Shown: positions 1-8,239 of the stretch, in pieces
Layout of the letters: every line of letters begins with the position of its first letter
How positions within the stretch are numbered: the stretch's first letter is position 1
Source: Myxococcota bacterium
Lineage (GTDB): Bacteria > Myxococcota_A > Polyangia > Nannocystales > Nannocystaceae
Direction: 5' to 3'
Length of the DNA: 44,858 nucleotides
Assembly: GCA_039028615.1 (NCBI GenBank)
Contig: JBCCHT010000066.1
Location: forward strand, 1-44,858
Notes under the pieces: model-generated
Databases searched by the model: none
Told to the model about the DNA's origin: nothing
The model's input: only the letters and a program-made list of their open reading frames with translations
Program-made: the position numbers and the translations under genes

Positions 1-1
1 C

Positions 2-1042
2 CAAAACGAGCAGGGCCTGGTCGACGAGGCCGTCCCCACGCTGCAGGAGGCCGCGCAGCGGCTCGAGCGGGCGCTGGGTCCCCGCCACCCCCAGTGCGCC
101 CTGGTCGCGACGATGCTGGCGACCGCATTGCTCGAGCAAGGGCGGTTCAGCGAAGCCGAGGCCGAGCTCGATCGGGCGCGAGCCATCCATGCCGAGAGCG
201 TGGGGTCGCCCCCCATGCCGCAGTTTCACGTACTCGCGGTGCGCGGCGAGCTCGAGCTGAGACGACGACGATGGGCGGCCGCCCGCGGGACCTTCGAAGA
301 GGCGCTCGGCTTGGCGGAGCCGATCGTGGGCGCCACCCATCCGATGCTGGCGGACATGCACTTCGGGCTGGCGCATGTCGAAGCCGCCGCCGGAGATCGA
401 GCGCGTGCCCTGGCCCGAGCCGAGCCGACCTTGCAGCGAGTCGAAGCCGCCCTCGGCGATGCGCATCCCTACGTCGCGCGTGGGTGGCTGCACCAGGGCG
501 AGCTCCAGCTGGACGCCGACGATTTCGATGCCGCCACGCGGAGCTTCGAACGAGCCAAGGCGATCAACGAGCGAGCGACCCCCCCCGAACCCGCTGCGGT
601 GGCGTGGGCAGAGTGCTGGCTGGGGCGCACGGCGTTGGCCAGTGGAGAAGGTGCCCCAGCGCTGGCGCGACTCGTTGCGTGCGTCGATGGACTCGCGGCC
701 GAGCTGCCCGATGGCAACCGCCTACGCCTCGAGGCGCTGCTGGCCTTGGCGAGCGCCCAGCAGCAACAGGGAGACGGTGAGGGCGCAGCCGCTTCATTGA
801 CGACCGCCGAGACATGGATGGCCGCCACGCGGTCCGCCGAGGATCCGGCCTTGGCGTGGGTCCGGCTGTCTCTCGCGCGTCTTCGCTACGACGCGGCCTC
901 GACGTCCGAGGAGCGCACTCGCATCCGCAGGGAGGCCCAGCCGCTCCACGCTCGGCTCGCCGCCGAACCCGGCTGGGTCACCGAAGCCGAGTCCTTCGAT
1001 GCGTGGCCGAGCCCGGCGTCGGCACCGACGCCACGCCCGTGA
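2..1042 (+). CDS. Tetratricopeptide-repeat protein, 5'-partial (probably the C-terminus of a Ser/Thr kinase-TPR protein)
   Basis: The frame of ORF 113..1042 is open back to the window edge. It carries repeated TPR_12-like units (LGPRHP, VGATHP, LGDAHP), resembling the C-terminus of the kinase at 28562..32017. Confidence 0.8.
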   Translation, partial: QNEQGLVDEAVPTLQEAAQRLERALGPRHPQCALVATMLATALLEQGRFSEAEAELDRARAIHAESVGSPPMPQFHVLAVRGELELRRRRWAAARGTFEEALGLAEPIVGATHPMLADMHFGLAHVEAAAGDRARALARAEPTLQRVEAALGDAHPYVARGWLHQGELQLDADDFDAATRSFERAKAINERATPPEPAAVAWAECWLGRTALASGEGAPALARLVACVDGLAAELPDGNRLRLEALLALASAQQQQGDGEGAAASLTTAETWMAATRSAEDPALAWVRLSLARLRYDAASTSEERTRIRREAQPLHARLAAEPGWVTEAESFDAWPSPASAPTPRP

Positions 1043-1055
1043 AGGGACACGCCCG

Positions 1056-1685
1056 TCAGCTCGCCGAGATCGCAGCCGCTTCGCGATCGCGAGGCCAAGC
1101 CGCCAGCACGGGGGCGAAGCTCTCGAGGATCAGCGTTCGAATCCACTCTCGCGACAGGTCGTGGTCGATCCAGCTCAAGCTCAACGCTTCGGTCGTACCG
1201 ACCCAACCGTAGAGCCGCAGCCCGACGCGGTCGAACACCGCCGTGGCCTCGTCTCTTGGCGCGGCCCGCTGCGGATCGAGCAGACCCAGCACCCGTTGCA
1301 CGATGGTCCATCGCACCCGCTCGATCACCGCCTGCGACTGCGGGTCGGCCCCCAGCCCGCCCCGCAACAACGCGCGATAGATCGCGGAGTGCTCCCCTAC
1401 GAAGTCGAGGAACCGATCGAGCACCCGCTGCACCTCGTCGAAGGGCGTCGGCGACGGAGCCAGCTCGACCTCGTCCAGCAGGCGCTGGGCCACGTGCTCG
1501 ATGGTCGCGAGGTAGAACCCGCGCTTGCTCCCGAAGTAGTGGAACAGCAAGCCCTTGGAGATGCCTCCCCCCGTCGCGATCGAATCGGTGGTGAGCTCGT
1601 CGTAGGCATGCCGCGCAAACAAGTCCACGCCCAGCTCCAGAAGCTGCGCGCGTCGCTGGTCACTGGCCAAGCGGACACGAACCAT
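1056..1685 (-). CDS. TetR/AcrR family transcriptional regulator
   Basis: N-terminal TetR HTH (RRAQLLELGVDLF...ISKGLLFHYFGSKRGFY). The ATG at 1685 lies 7 nt after a TAGAGT box. Confidence 0.92.
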   Translation of the reverse strand: MVRVRLASDQRRAQLLELGVDLFARHAYDELTTDSIATGGGISKGLLFHYFGSKRGFYLATIEHVAQRLLDEVELAPSPTPFDEVQRVLDRFLDFVGEHSAIYRALLRGGLGADPQSQAVIERVRWTIVQRVLGLLDPQRAAPRDEATAVFDRVGLRLYGWVGTTEALSLSWIDHDLSREWIRTLILESFAPVLAAWPRDREAAAISAS

Positions 1686-1692
1686 TGGTGGC

Positions 1693-1720
1693 ACTCTACT
1701 CTGTATTAACCGAAGGTCAA
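1693..1720 (-). promoter_or_regulatory. Sigma70-type promoter of tetR (TTGACC-N16-TAGAGT), overlapped by an imperfect dyad TTGACC-N3-GGTTAA
   Basis: Minus-strand TTGACC at 1720-1715 and TAGAGT at 1698-1693, within a locally AT-rich patch. Confidence 0.6.
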
Positions 1721-1806
1721 CAAGCGTACAGTGTACCGAATTCGGCCTTTAACGTGAGAATCCGAAGGGGCGGCCCGCAGCGTTCAATCGACCGTGACGT
1801 GGGGGT

Positions 1807-3024
1807 TCAGGGCGTCGGCGCGGTGGGGTCATGACGCCACAGCGGCGCCATCGCGATGAGGCCCACCACCGGTCCGGGCACCAGGATCAACAGCAGCCAC
1901 GCCGGCTCGCCCGGCTCGGCCAACGCGGACAGCCACTGGATGCTGCCGATGGTCACCGCGAAGCCGATCATCGTCATCATGGTGAGCGCGGTTCCGACCC
2001 CGTCGGGCGGCGCCATCCGAGCGCCGAGCGAGGAGAACTGGGGTGAGTCGCCCACGACCGTGATGCCCCAGACCAGCAGCAGCACCGCCGCCGGGATGCC
2101 TCCCCACGGGAGCAGCCAGGGGCTCGCGACACAGCACAGGCCCGAGATCGCCAGCTGCACGATGGCCACGCGAGCGCTGCCGCGGCGCAGCGACACGAGC
2201 CCGCCCACGACGCAACCGATCGCGCCCACGGCGATGACCGCGAACGACCCCAGCGACACGCCTTCGGGACTCAGCTGCGGCCACGCCATCGTCAGCGCCC
2301 ACGGGACGAAGGCCCACAGCGCGTACAGCTCCCACATGTGTCCGAAGTAGCCGAAGGCCGCCCGCAGAAATCCCGCGTGTCGGAACACGGCCACCGCCCG
2401 TCGCGGGTCGAAGCCACGCTGCCGCTTCACGTGGGGTCCTTCGGGCACGCCCACCGCCACCACGATACCGCCGAGCAGCGCGAGCACCGATGCGCTGATG
2501 ATGACCGGTCGCCACGGCAACGCGGTGGTCTTGAGCAGGTGGGGGAAGGCCGTGCCCAAGACCAATGCGCCGACGAGCAAGCCGATGGCATGACCGAGAC
2601 CGCGCTGATACCAGCTCGCGGCCAGCTTCATCCCCACCGGGTAGATGCCGGCCAGGAACACGCCCGTGGCGAAGCGACACGCGAGGAACCACCACAGCGA
2701 TTGCGGCGCGACGAGGCTCAGGGCATTGGCCGCCGCCGCGAGCACACAGGACACGAAGAACACCCGATGGGCGGCGAAGCGATCGGCCAGCGCCAGGACG
2801 GCATAGACCAGCGTCCCCGCGATGAAGCCCAGCTGCACGCTCGAGGTGAGCCACCCGACCGCCCCCGTCGCCGTCGGCCACTGGCTCGCCACCTCCCCCG
2901 CCACCGCGTTGCCCACGAACCACAGCGACGTGCCCAGAAACTGAGCGATGACGATCAGCGGCAGGATGCGGCGCGGGATGGTCGTCGAGGCATCGACGGC
3001 CTCGCTGGAGTCAGCCACGGGCAA
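1807..3024 (-). CDS. MFS transporter
   Basis: About 12 hydrophobic segments, with LADRF and GYFGHMWELYA(L)W motifs typical of an MFS subfamily. The start codon (TTG) is uncertain. Confidence 0.88.
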   Translation of the reverse strand: MPVADSSEAVDASTTIPRRILPLIVIAQFLGTSLWFVGNAVAGEVASQWPTATGAVGWLTSSVQLGFIAGTLVYAVLALADRFAAHRVFFVSCVLAAAANALSLVAPQSLWWFLACRFATGVFLAGIYPVGMKLAASWYQRGLGHAIGLLVGALVLGTAFPHLLKTTALPWRPVIISASVLALLGGIVVAVGVPEGPHVKRQRGFDPRRAVAVFRHAGFLRAAFGYFGHMWELYALWAFVPWALTMAWPQLSPEGVSLGSFAVIAVGAIGCVVGGLVSLRRGSARVAIVQLAISGLCCVASPWLLPWGGIPAAVLLLVWGITVVGDSPQFSSLGARMAPPDGVGTALTMMTMIGFAVTIGSIQWLSALAEPGEPAWLLLILVPGPVVGLIAMAPLWRHDPTAPTP

Positions 3025-3414
3025 TCACGCCTGCGGGGCGGGCACGCCGAGGGTGTCCGCGGTCCGGGCGAGGAACTCTTTTTCGTCGGGCGAGACCTCG
3101 CCGTCGGCGTAGGCGATGGCCACGAGGTCCTCGAGGATCGCCGCCCGCATGTTGTCGTCGACGCTGCCGCGCAGGTACCCCGCGCACAGCTGCGCCTGCG
3201 CGACCTTCTCCTCGCGCGACGCATAGCCCTTGTAGGCGTCGACCGTGCGCCGTAGCAGCTGACCGAGCTCGGCCAGCTCGATCCCCGGCATGCGTTTTTC
3301 GAGCTTGGAGGCCAGGGTCCGCATCTCATCGGTCGTGAGTGCGCCGTCGGTGACCTGGCCGAACGCCAGGTAGAGGAACGCGAGGGCGTCGATGAGCTGG
3401 GTGGGTGCACTCAT
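3025..3414 (-). CDS. TerB-family (tellurite-resistance-like) protein
   Basis: Paired motifs TDGALTTDE and AIAYADGEVSPDEKEFL typical of the TerB fold. ATG 3414 is preferred as the start. Confidence 0.8.
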   Translation of the reverse strand: MSAPTQLIDALAFLYLAFGQVTDGALTTDEMRTLASKLEKRMPGIELAELGQLLRRTVDAYKGYASREEKVAQAQLCAGYLRGSVDDNMRAAILEDLVAIAYADGEVSPDEKEFLARTADTLGVPAPQA

Positions 3415-3605
3415 GATCGAACCGACGATAGCGCTCAACCGAGGTCGGATAAAGACACCATGTCGAGCGGGCAGATTTCGCCGCTGGTGCCGTCGGGCAA
3501 GCCCGTGCCGAGGCCCGATCCTGCGAGATCTTCACACCGCCCGATGGTCGTGGACTCCGGCCGCAGCACGGGCCGCCACATTGGTACAGTCCCTCCCTCG
3601 GCTTC

Positions 3606-4781
3606 ATGGAGCTCTCACGTCGTAGCGCTTGGCCATCTGGACCGAGCCCCTGGTCCGCGATGGTGGCCGCCGCCGACGCGTCCCAGCTCCTCGATCTGAC
3701 CCCGAGCAACCCCACCGCGGTCGGCCTGACTCACGACCCCGAGGTCTACGCCGCCCTGGGCAATGCCGGCAACGCTCGCTACCAGCCCTGCGCGTGGGGA
3801 CTGCCCGAGGCGAGGGACGCGGTGGCCGAGTACTACGCTCGACGCGGGCGCAGCGTCGATCCCGAGCGAGTCTGGATCTGTGCGAGCACCAGCGAAGCCT
3901 ATGCGCAGCTATTGACGCTGCTCGCCGATCCCGGGGACGCGATCGTCGTGCCGCAGCCCGGTTATCCGCTCTTCGACATGCTCGGGGATGCGACCGGGGT
4001 ACGTCGCGTCGGCCATCCGCTCGCCTTCGACGGACACTGGCACCTCGATGCGTCGGGGCTGCGCGCCGCGTTGGCGGGGGAACCACGCGCCCGGGCCATC
4101 GTGGTGGTCGCGCCCCACAACCCCACCGGGCACGTGCCCACCCCGAGCGAGTGGGAGACCCTGCAGCACGCGGCGCGGCAGTTCGACGTGCCGCTGCTGG
4201 TCGACGAAGTCTTCGCCGACTATCCGCTGGGCTCGGCCCCCTCACGGATCGCGATCGACGACGACGACGGCGGCCCGTGCATGGTGATGTCCGGGCTGAG
4301 CAAGGTCGCCGCCCTCCCCCAGCTCAAGCTGTCGTGGGTGGTCTTTCACGGTCGGCACCCGGACCTGGACGAGCTGCGACGACGGGCCGAGCTGCTGGCC
4401 GACGCGTTCCTCAGCGTCGCCACTCCCGTGCAGCGCGCCCTGCCCTCGCTCCTGGCCGCAGCAGAGGCCCTTCAGCCCCGCATCCGCGAGCGCCTGCAAC
4501 ACAACCGTGGGCAGCTCGAGCAGGCCGTCTCGGGCACCACCATCGATGCCCTCCCCGCCACCGCCGGCTGGACCGCGCTGCTTCGGTTCCCCGCCATCGG
4601 CGACCTCGACGATCTCGGCTGGGCCCGACAATTGCTCGAAGCCGGGGTGCTGGTGCAGCCCGGCTTCCTCTTCGACCTTCCCGCGCCACCGCGGGTCGCC
4701 GTCTCGTTGCTGACGCCGGAGCCGACCTTCGCCGCCGGCATCGGGCGACTGGTCGATCACGTGCAGCGGGTCGCCGACTAG
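3606..4781 (+). CDS. PLP-dependent class I/II aminotransferase
   Basis: DLTPSNPT, PQPGYP, PHNPTG, VDEVF and the PLP-lysine motif SGLSK. Confidence 0.92.
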   Translation: MELSRRSAWPSGPSPWSAMVAAADASQLLDLTPSNPTAVGLTHDPEVYAALGNAGNARYQPCAWGLPEARDAVAEYYARRGRSVDPERVWICASTSEAYAQLLTLLADPGDAIVVPQPGYPLFDMLGDATGVRRVGHPLAFDGHWHLDASGLRAALAGEPRARAIVVVAPHNPTGHVPTPSEWETLQHAARQFDVPLLVDEVFADYPLGSAPSRIAIDDDDGGPCMVMSGLSKVAALPQLKLSWVVFHGRHPDLDELRRRAELLADAFLSVATPVQRALPSLLAAAEALQPRIRERLQHNRGQLEQAVSGTTIDALPATAGWTALLRFPAIGDLDDLGWARQLLEAGVLVQPGFLFDLPAPPRVAVSLLTPEPTFAAGIGRLVDHVQRVAD

Positions 4782-4984
4782 CGCCAGCCGGGCTCGTCGC
4801 AGCGCACCACCGAGGTCGGTCGCGGCGCGGGGCCACGCGGGCCGACCTTGGGCTCGACCACCGGGCCCAGCCAGCTTCCCACGATCGCGTGCAGAGGATC
4901 CGAAACGCACGCGGACTCGGCCGCCTCGGCGGCGGGAATGCTGGTGCCGGAACAGAACGCGGGGCAGGTCTCGATGATTCTCAT
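4778..4984 (-). CDS. Small hypothetical protein (68 aa, 4 Cys)
   Basis: ATG start and mostly G/C-ending codons. It fills otherwise empty space, and its stop shares CTAG with the convergent aminotransferase stop. No family recognised. Confidence 0.45.
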   Translation of the reverse strand: MRIIETCPAFCSGTSIPAAEAAESACVSDPLHAIVGSWLGPVVEPKVGPRGPAPRPTSVVRCDEPGWR

Positions 4985-5184
4985 ACGTGCACGACCGTGT
5001 AGGAGGGAGTGGGCGAACTACCACGGCCGATCGAGGATCGCGACGCCGATCCGTCGCGTTCGCTCACACGCCGCCAAGCGGCGCCGAACGCCGTACACCA
5101 GCCCAGTCGCGCGGTGTGGGACCGCGCCCCCAAAACGGGCCCCGCGCCCGGCCCTCCGCCCGGCCGTCGGCTAAGCTCCCGCGC

Positions 5185-5829
5185 ATGCTGACGATCATCC
5201 CCGAGGCGCTCGCCGAGTACGTCGAGGCTCACAGCGCTCCCGAGCCCGAGCTGCTGCAACGACTCCGCGACGAGACGCGGGCCTCGTTGGAGATGCCGCA
5301 GATGCAGGTCGGTCGGGTCGAGGGCGCGCTGCTGCGCATGCTCGTGCAGCTGACCGGCGCCCGCCGGGTGCTCGAGATCGGAACCTACAGCGGCTACTCG
5401 GCGCTGGCGATGGCCAGCGGGCTCCCCGAGGGCGGCACGCTCATCACCTGCGACATCGATCCGGTCGCGACCGGGGTCGCCCAGCGCTACTTCGACCAGA
5501 GCCCGCACGGCTCCAAGATCGAGCTCCGCCTCGGGCCCGCCATCGACACCATCAACGCCATGGCCAGCGCGGGCGAGCAGGTGGACCTGCTGTTCCTCGA
5601 CGCCGACAAGGAGAGCTACGTCGACTACTACGAGGCCGCCCTGCCCATGCTCCCTGCCGGCGGCTTGGTGGTGGGCGACAACACGCTGTGGAGCGGGAAG
5701 GTCCTCGATCCCGAGTCCTCGAGCGACCACGGAATCGTGCGCTTCAACGCCCACGTCGCCGCCGACGAGCGCGTAGAGCATGTCCTGCTTTCGGTACGGG
5801 ACGGCGTGATGCTGGCCCGAAAACGATAG
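5185..5829 (+). CDS. Class I SAM-dependent O-methyltransferase (caffeoyl-CoA OMT-like, Methyltransf_3)
   Basis: VLEIGTYSGYS, DLLFLDADK, GDNTLWSG and RDGVML motifs. The true start is ATG 5185 within ORF 4987..5829. Confidence 0.92.
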   Translation: MLTIIPEALAEYVEAHSAPEPELLQRLRDETRASLEMPQMQVGRVEGALLRMLVQLTGARRVLEIGTYSGYSALAMASGLPEGGTLITCDIDPVATGVAQRYFDQSPHGSKIELRLGPAIDTINAMASAGEQVDLLFLDADKESYVDYYEAALPMLPAGGLVVGDNTLWSGKVLDPESSSDHGIVRFNAHVAADERVEHVLLSVRDGVMLARKR

Positions 5830-5884
5830 GCCCGACCTCGGCCGACACGCGGACACCCCATCGCCCCCGCGGTAGAGTTTTGCC

Positions 5885-6250
5885 GTGAACAGCCTCTTCG
5901 ACCGCGTCGGAGGTAGCGACGCGATCACCAAGGCCTCGCTCGAGTTCTACGACCGAGTGATGGCCGACGACACCTTGGCCCCCTTCTTCGATGGCGTCGA
6001 CATCGACACCCAGGCGACCAAGATGATCGGCTTCATGACCATGGCGTTCGGGGGCCCGCACGGCTACAGCGGCCGAGACCTCCGTACCGCGCACGCCAAG
6101 CTCATCGGGCGAGGCCTCGACGACCAGCACTTCGACGCGGTGCTCACCCACCTGCGGCAGACGCTCGGCGACCTCGGTGTCTCCGCCGACCTCATCGACG
6201 AAGCGATGGGAGTCGTGGGTTCGACGCGCGGCGACGTGCTGTCTCGCTGA
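5885..6250 (+). CDS. glbN: Group I truncated haemoglobin
   Basis: SLFDRVGG, FYDRVMADDTLAPFF, FGGP and YSGRDLRTAH (proximal His) motifs. Confidence 0.92.
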   Translation: MNSLFDRVGGSDAITKASLEFYDRVMADDTLAPFFDGVDIDTQATKMIGFMTMAFGGPHGYSGRDLRTAHAKLIGRGLDDQHFDAVLTHLRQTLGDLGVSADLIDEAMGVVGSTRGDVLSR

Positions 6251-6305
6251 ACGACCTACATCGCCCCCGAAGCCGCGCCACGGAAGGCCTGCTAGACTCG
6301 CAGCC

Positions 6306-7268
6306 GTGACCGGCTCTGTGGTGTCCGTCCGCTCTCCGGCCGATCCGGCCGCCTTGCGCGCGGTGCAGGCCGCGGTATCGACCGTCGTCCGGGGCAAGGA
6401 CGAGATCATCGAGCACGTGCTCGTGTGCCTCATCGCCGGGGGCCACGTCTTGCTCGAAGACCTGCCTGGCGTCGGCAAGAGCACCCTAGCGCGGGCCATC
6501 GCGGCGTCGCTGGGGGCCCAGCTTTCGCGCGTGCAGTTCACCTCCGACCTGCTGCCCGCGGACATCGTGGGGGTCAGCGTCTGGCGGCCGACGCTCGAGA
6601 AGTTCGAGTTCCAGCCCGGGCCCATCTTCGCCCACGTGGTGCTGGCCGACGAGATCAACCGGGCTCCCCCTCGCACCCAGAGCGCCCTGCTCGAGGCAAT
6701 GGGCGAGGGTCAGGTCTCGGTCGAAGGCCAGAGCCGGGCCCTGCCGCAGCCCTTCATCGTCATCGCCACGCAAAACCCGTCCGAGCACCACGGCACCTAT
6801 CCGCTGCCCGAGTCCCAGCGCGACCGCTTCGCGCTGCGGGTGACGCTGGGCTACGCCGCGGCCGACGTCGAGGCGGCACTGCTCGAAGCGGGCTCGGATG
6901 CGGGTCGCATGGTCGACGAGCCCGTCGCCTCGCTCGAAGACATCGCCCAGGCGCAGGCGGCCGCGGCGGCGCTGCACCTGCACCCCGATCTGGCTGGTTA
7001 CGCACAGCGGGTCGCGCAGAGCACCCGCGACGACCCGGAGCTGCAGCAGGGCGTCTCCACCCGCGGCGCCTTGGCCTGGGTGGCCACCGCCCGCGCCCGC
7101 GCGTGGCTCGATGGGCGAGACCACGTGACCATCGACGACCTGCAATCGCTGGCCGTCCCCGCGCTGGCGCATCGCGTCGTCCTGCGCACCGCGGCGGGCG
7201 AGACGGCGGATGCCGTGGCCGCGGAACACATCCGAGAGATCCTGGCTCGAACTCCCGTACCCCGGTGA
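6306..7268 (+). CDS. moxR: MoxR-family AAA+ ATPase
   Basis: GHVLLEDLPGVGKS, RVQFTSDLLPADI, LADEINRAPPRTQSALLE, ATQNP and YPLPE motifs. Confidence 0.95.
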   Translation: MTGSVVSVRSPADPAALRAVQAAVSTVVRGKDEIIEHVLVCLIAGGHVLLEDLPGVGKSTLARAIAASLGAQLSRVQFTSDLLPADIVGVSVWRPTLEKFEFQPGPIFAHVVLADEINRAPPRTQSALLEAMGEGQVSVEGQSRALPQPFIVIATQNPSEHHGTYPLPESQRDRFALRVTLGYAAADVEAALLEAGSDAGRMVDEPVASLEDIAQAQAAAAALHLHPDLAGYAQRVAQSTRDDPELQQGVSTRGALAWVATARARAWLDGRDHVTIDDLQSLAVPALAHRVVLRTAAGETADAVAAEHIREILARTPVPR

Positions 7269-8239
7269 ACGCCCCGCCCCAGTCTCAGCCCCGGCGAAAG
7301 CAGCGTCGATGGCTTCGGCGCTGGCTCAGCGCCCGCGGCCGTCGCCTCGAGATCACCCGCTCGGGCTGGCTGTTCATCGGACTGACGCTGGCGGTGGGCT
7401 TCGCGGCCATCAACTCGGGGGCCAACCTCCTGCACGCGCTGTTCGGGGCCCAGATGGCGCTGATCTTGGGCAGCGGCGTGCTGAGCGAAGCCACGCTGCG
7501 GCGGGTTCGAGTACGTCGCGTGCTGCGGGGGCCGCTGCACGCGACCGAGCCGGGGGCCCTCGAAGTGGAGCTGAGCAACCTCGATCCGCGGCGCGACGTG
7601 GTCGCGGTGAGCGTCGAGGACGACGACGACTTCGAGCCCCACGGTCACTGCGCGCCGGTCTTCGTGGTGCAGATCGACCCCGGCAAGACGGTCCGCATCC
7701 CCACCCGGCTCACCATGCCGGCCCGTGGTCGGCATGCCCTCCCCCGCGCGGTGGTGGCCACCCGATTTCCCTTCGGCTTGTTCGTCAAGCGCCGCGAGCT
7801 CCCGATCGAAGATCCGATCCGCGTCTATCCGCGCCGGGTCCCCGCCGCCCCTTCGCAGCCCGTGCCGCAGCTGGGCGGGCCACCTCGCGTGACCGGTCGG
7901 CCCGCGCGCGCAGGTGAGTTCCACGGTCTTCGGCCCTATCGCGAGGGCGACGAGCTGCGCCGCATTCACTGGCCGGCCACCGCCCGCACCGGGCAGCTCG
8001 TGATGCGCGAGCACGAGGCGGGCGGGCACGCCCGGGTACGACTCGAGCTGGTGCCCGGCCGGGCGGGCGACCCCGCGTTCGAAAGCGAGGTGGAGCGCGT
8101 AGCCGCCGATGCCCGCCTCCGCCTCGAGCGCGACCGGGCCGAGGTCGAGCTGTTCTACGGCGAGCGCTGCGTGGTGACCCCCGGCTCTGGCGGCTCCCAG
8201 CAGCGGCGACTCCTCGATTTCCTCGCGGAGGTGGGATGA
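7265..8239 (+). CDS. DUF58 domain membrane protein
   Basis: GTG overlaps the moxR stop (GTGA). Two N-terminal TM helices, RFPFGLF, and GEFHGLRPYREGDELRRIHWPATAR. Confidence 0.92.
   Translation: MNAPPQSQPRRKQRRWLRRWLSARGRRLEITRSGWLFIGLTLAVGFAAINSGANLLHALFGAQMALILGSGVLSEATLRRVRVRRVLRGPLHATEPGALEVELSNLDPRRDVVAVSVEDDDDFEPHGHCAPVFVVQIDPGKTVRIPTRLTMPARGRHALPRAVVATRFPFGLFVKRRELPIEDPIRVYPRRVPAAPSQPVPQLGGPPRVTGRPARAGEFHGLRPYREGDELRRIHWPATARTGQLVMREHEAGGHARVRLELVPGRAGDPAFESEVERVAADARLRLERDRAEVELFYGERCVVTPGSGGSQQRRLLDFLAEVG

Noticed and set aside
3415..3605. Riboswitch in the TerB/aminotransferase gap
   Set aside because: Only short GC stems, with no conserved riboswitch core that I recognise.
3606..5829. 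RiPP cluster (small Cys peptide, methyltransferase, aminotransferase)
   Set aside because: The genes are on opposing strands, both enzymes are ordinary housekeeping-type families, and no RiPP maturase, peptidase or RRE is present.
6425..7264. N-terminal extension of the DUF58 ORF
   Set aside because: Off-frame reading of moxR. The GTGA overlap at 7265 gives the canonical start.
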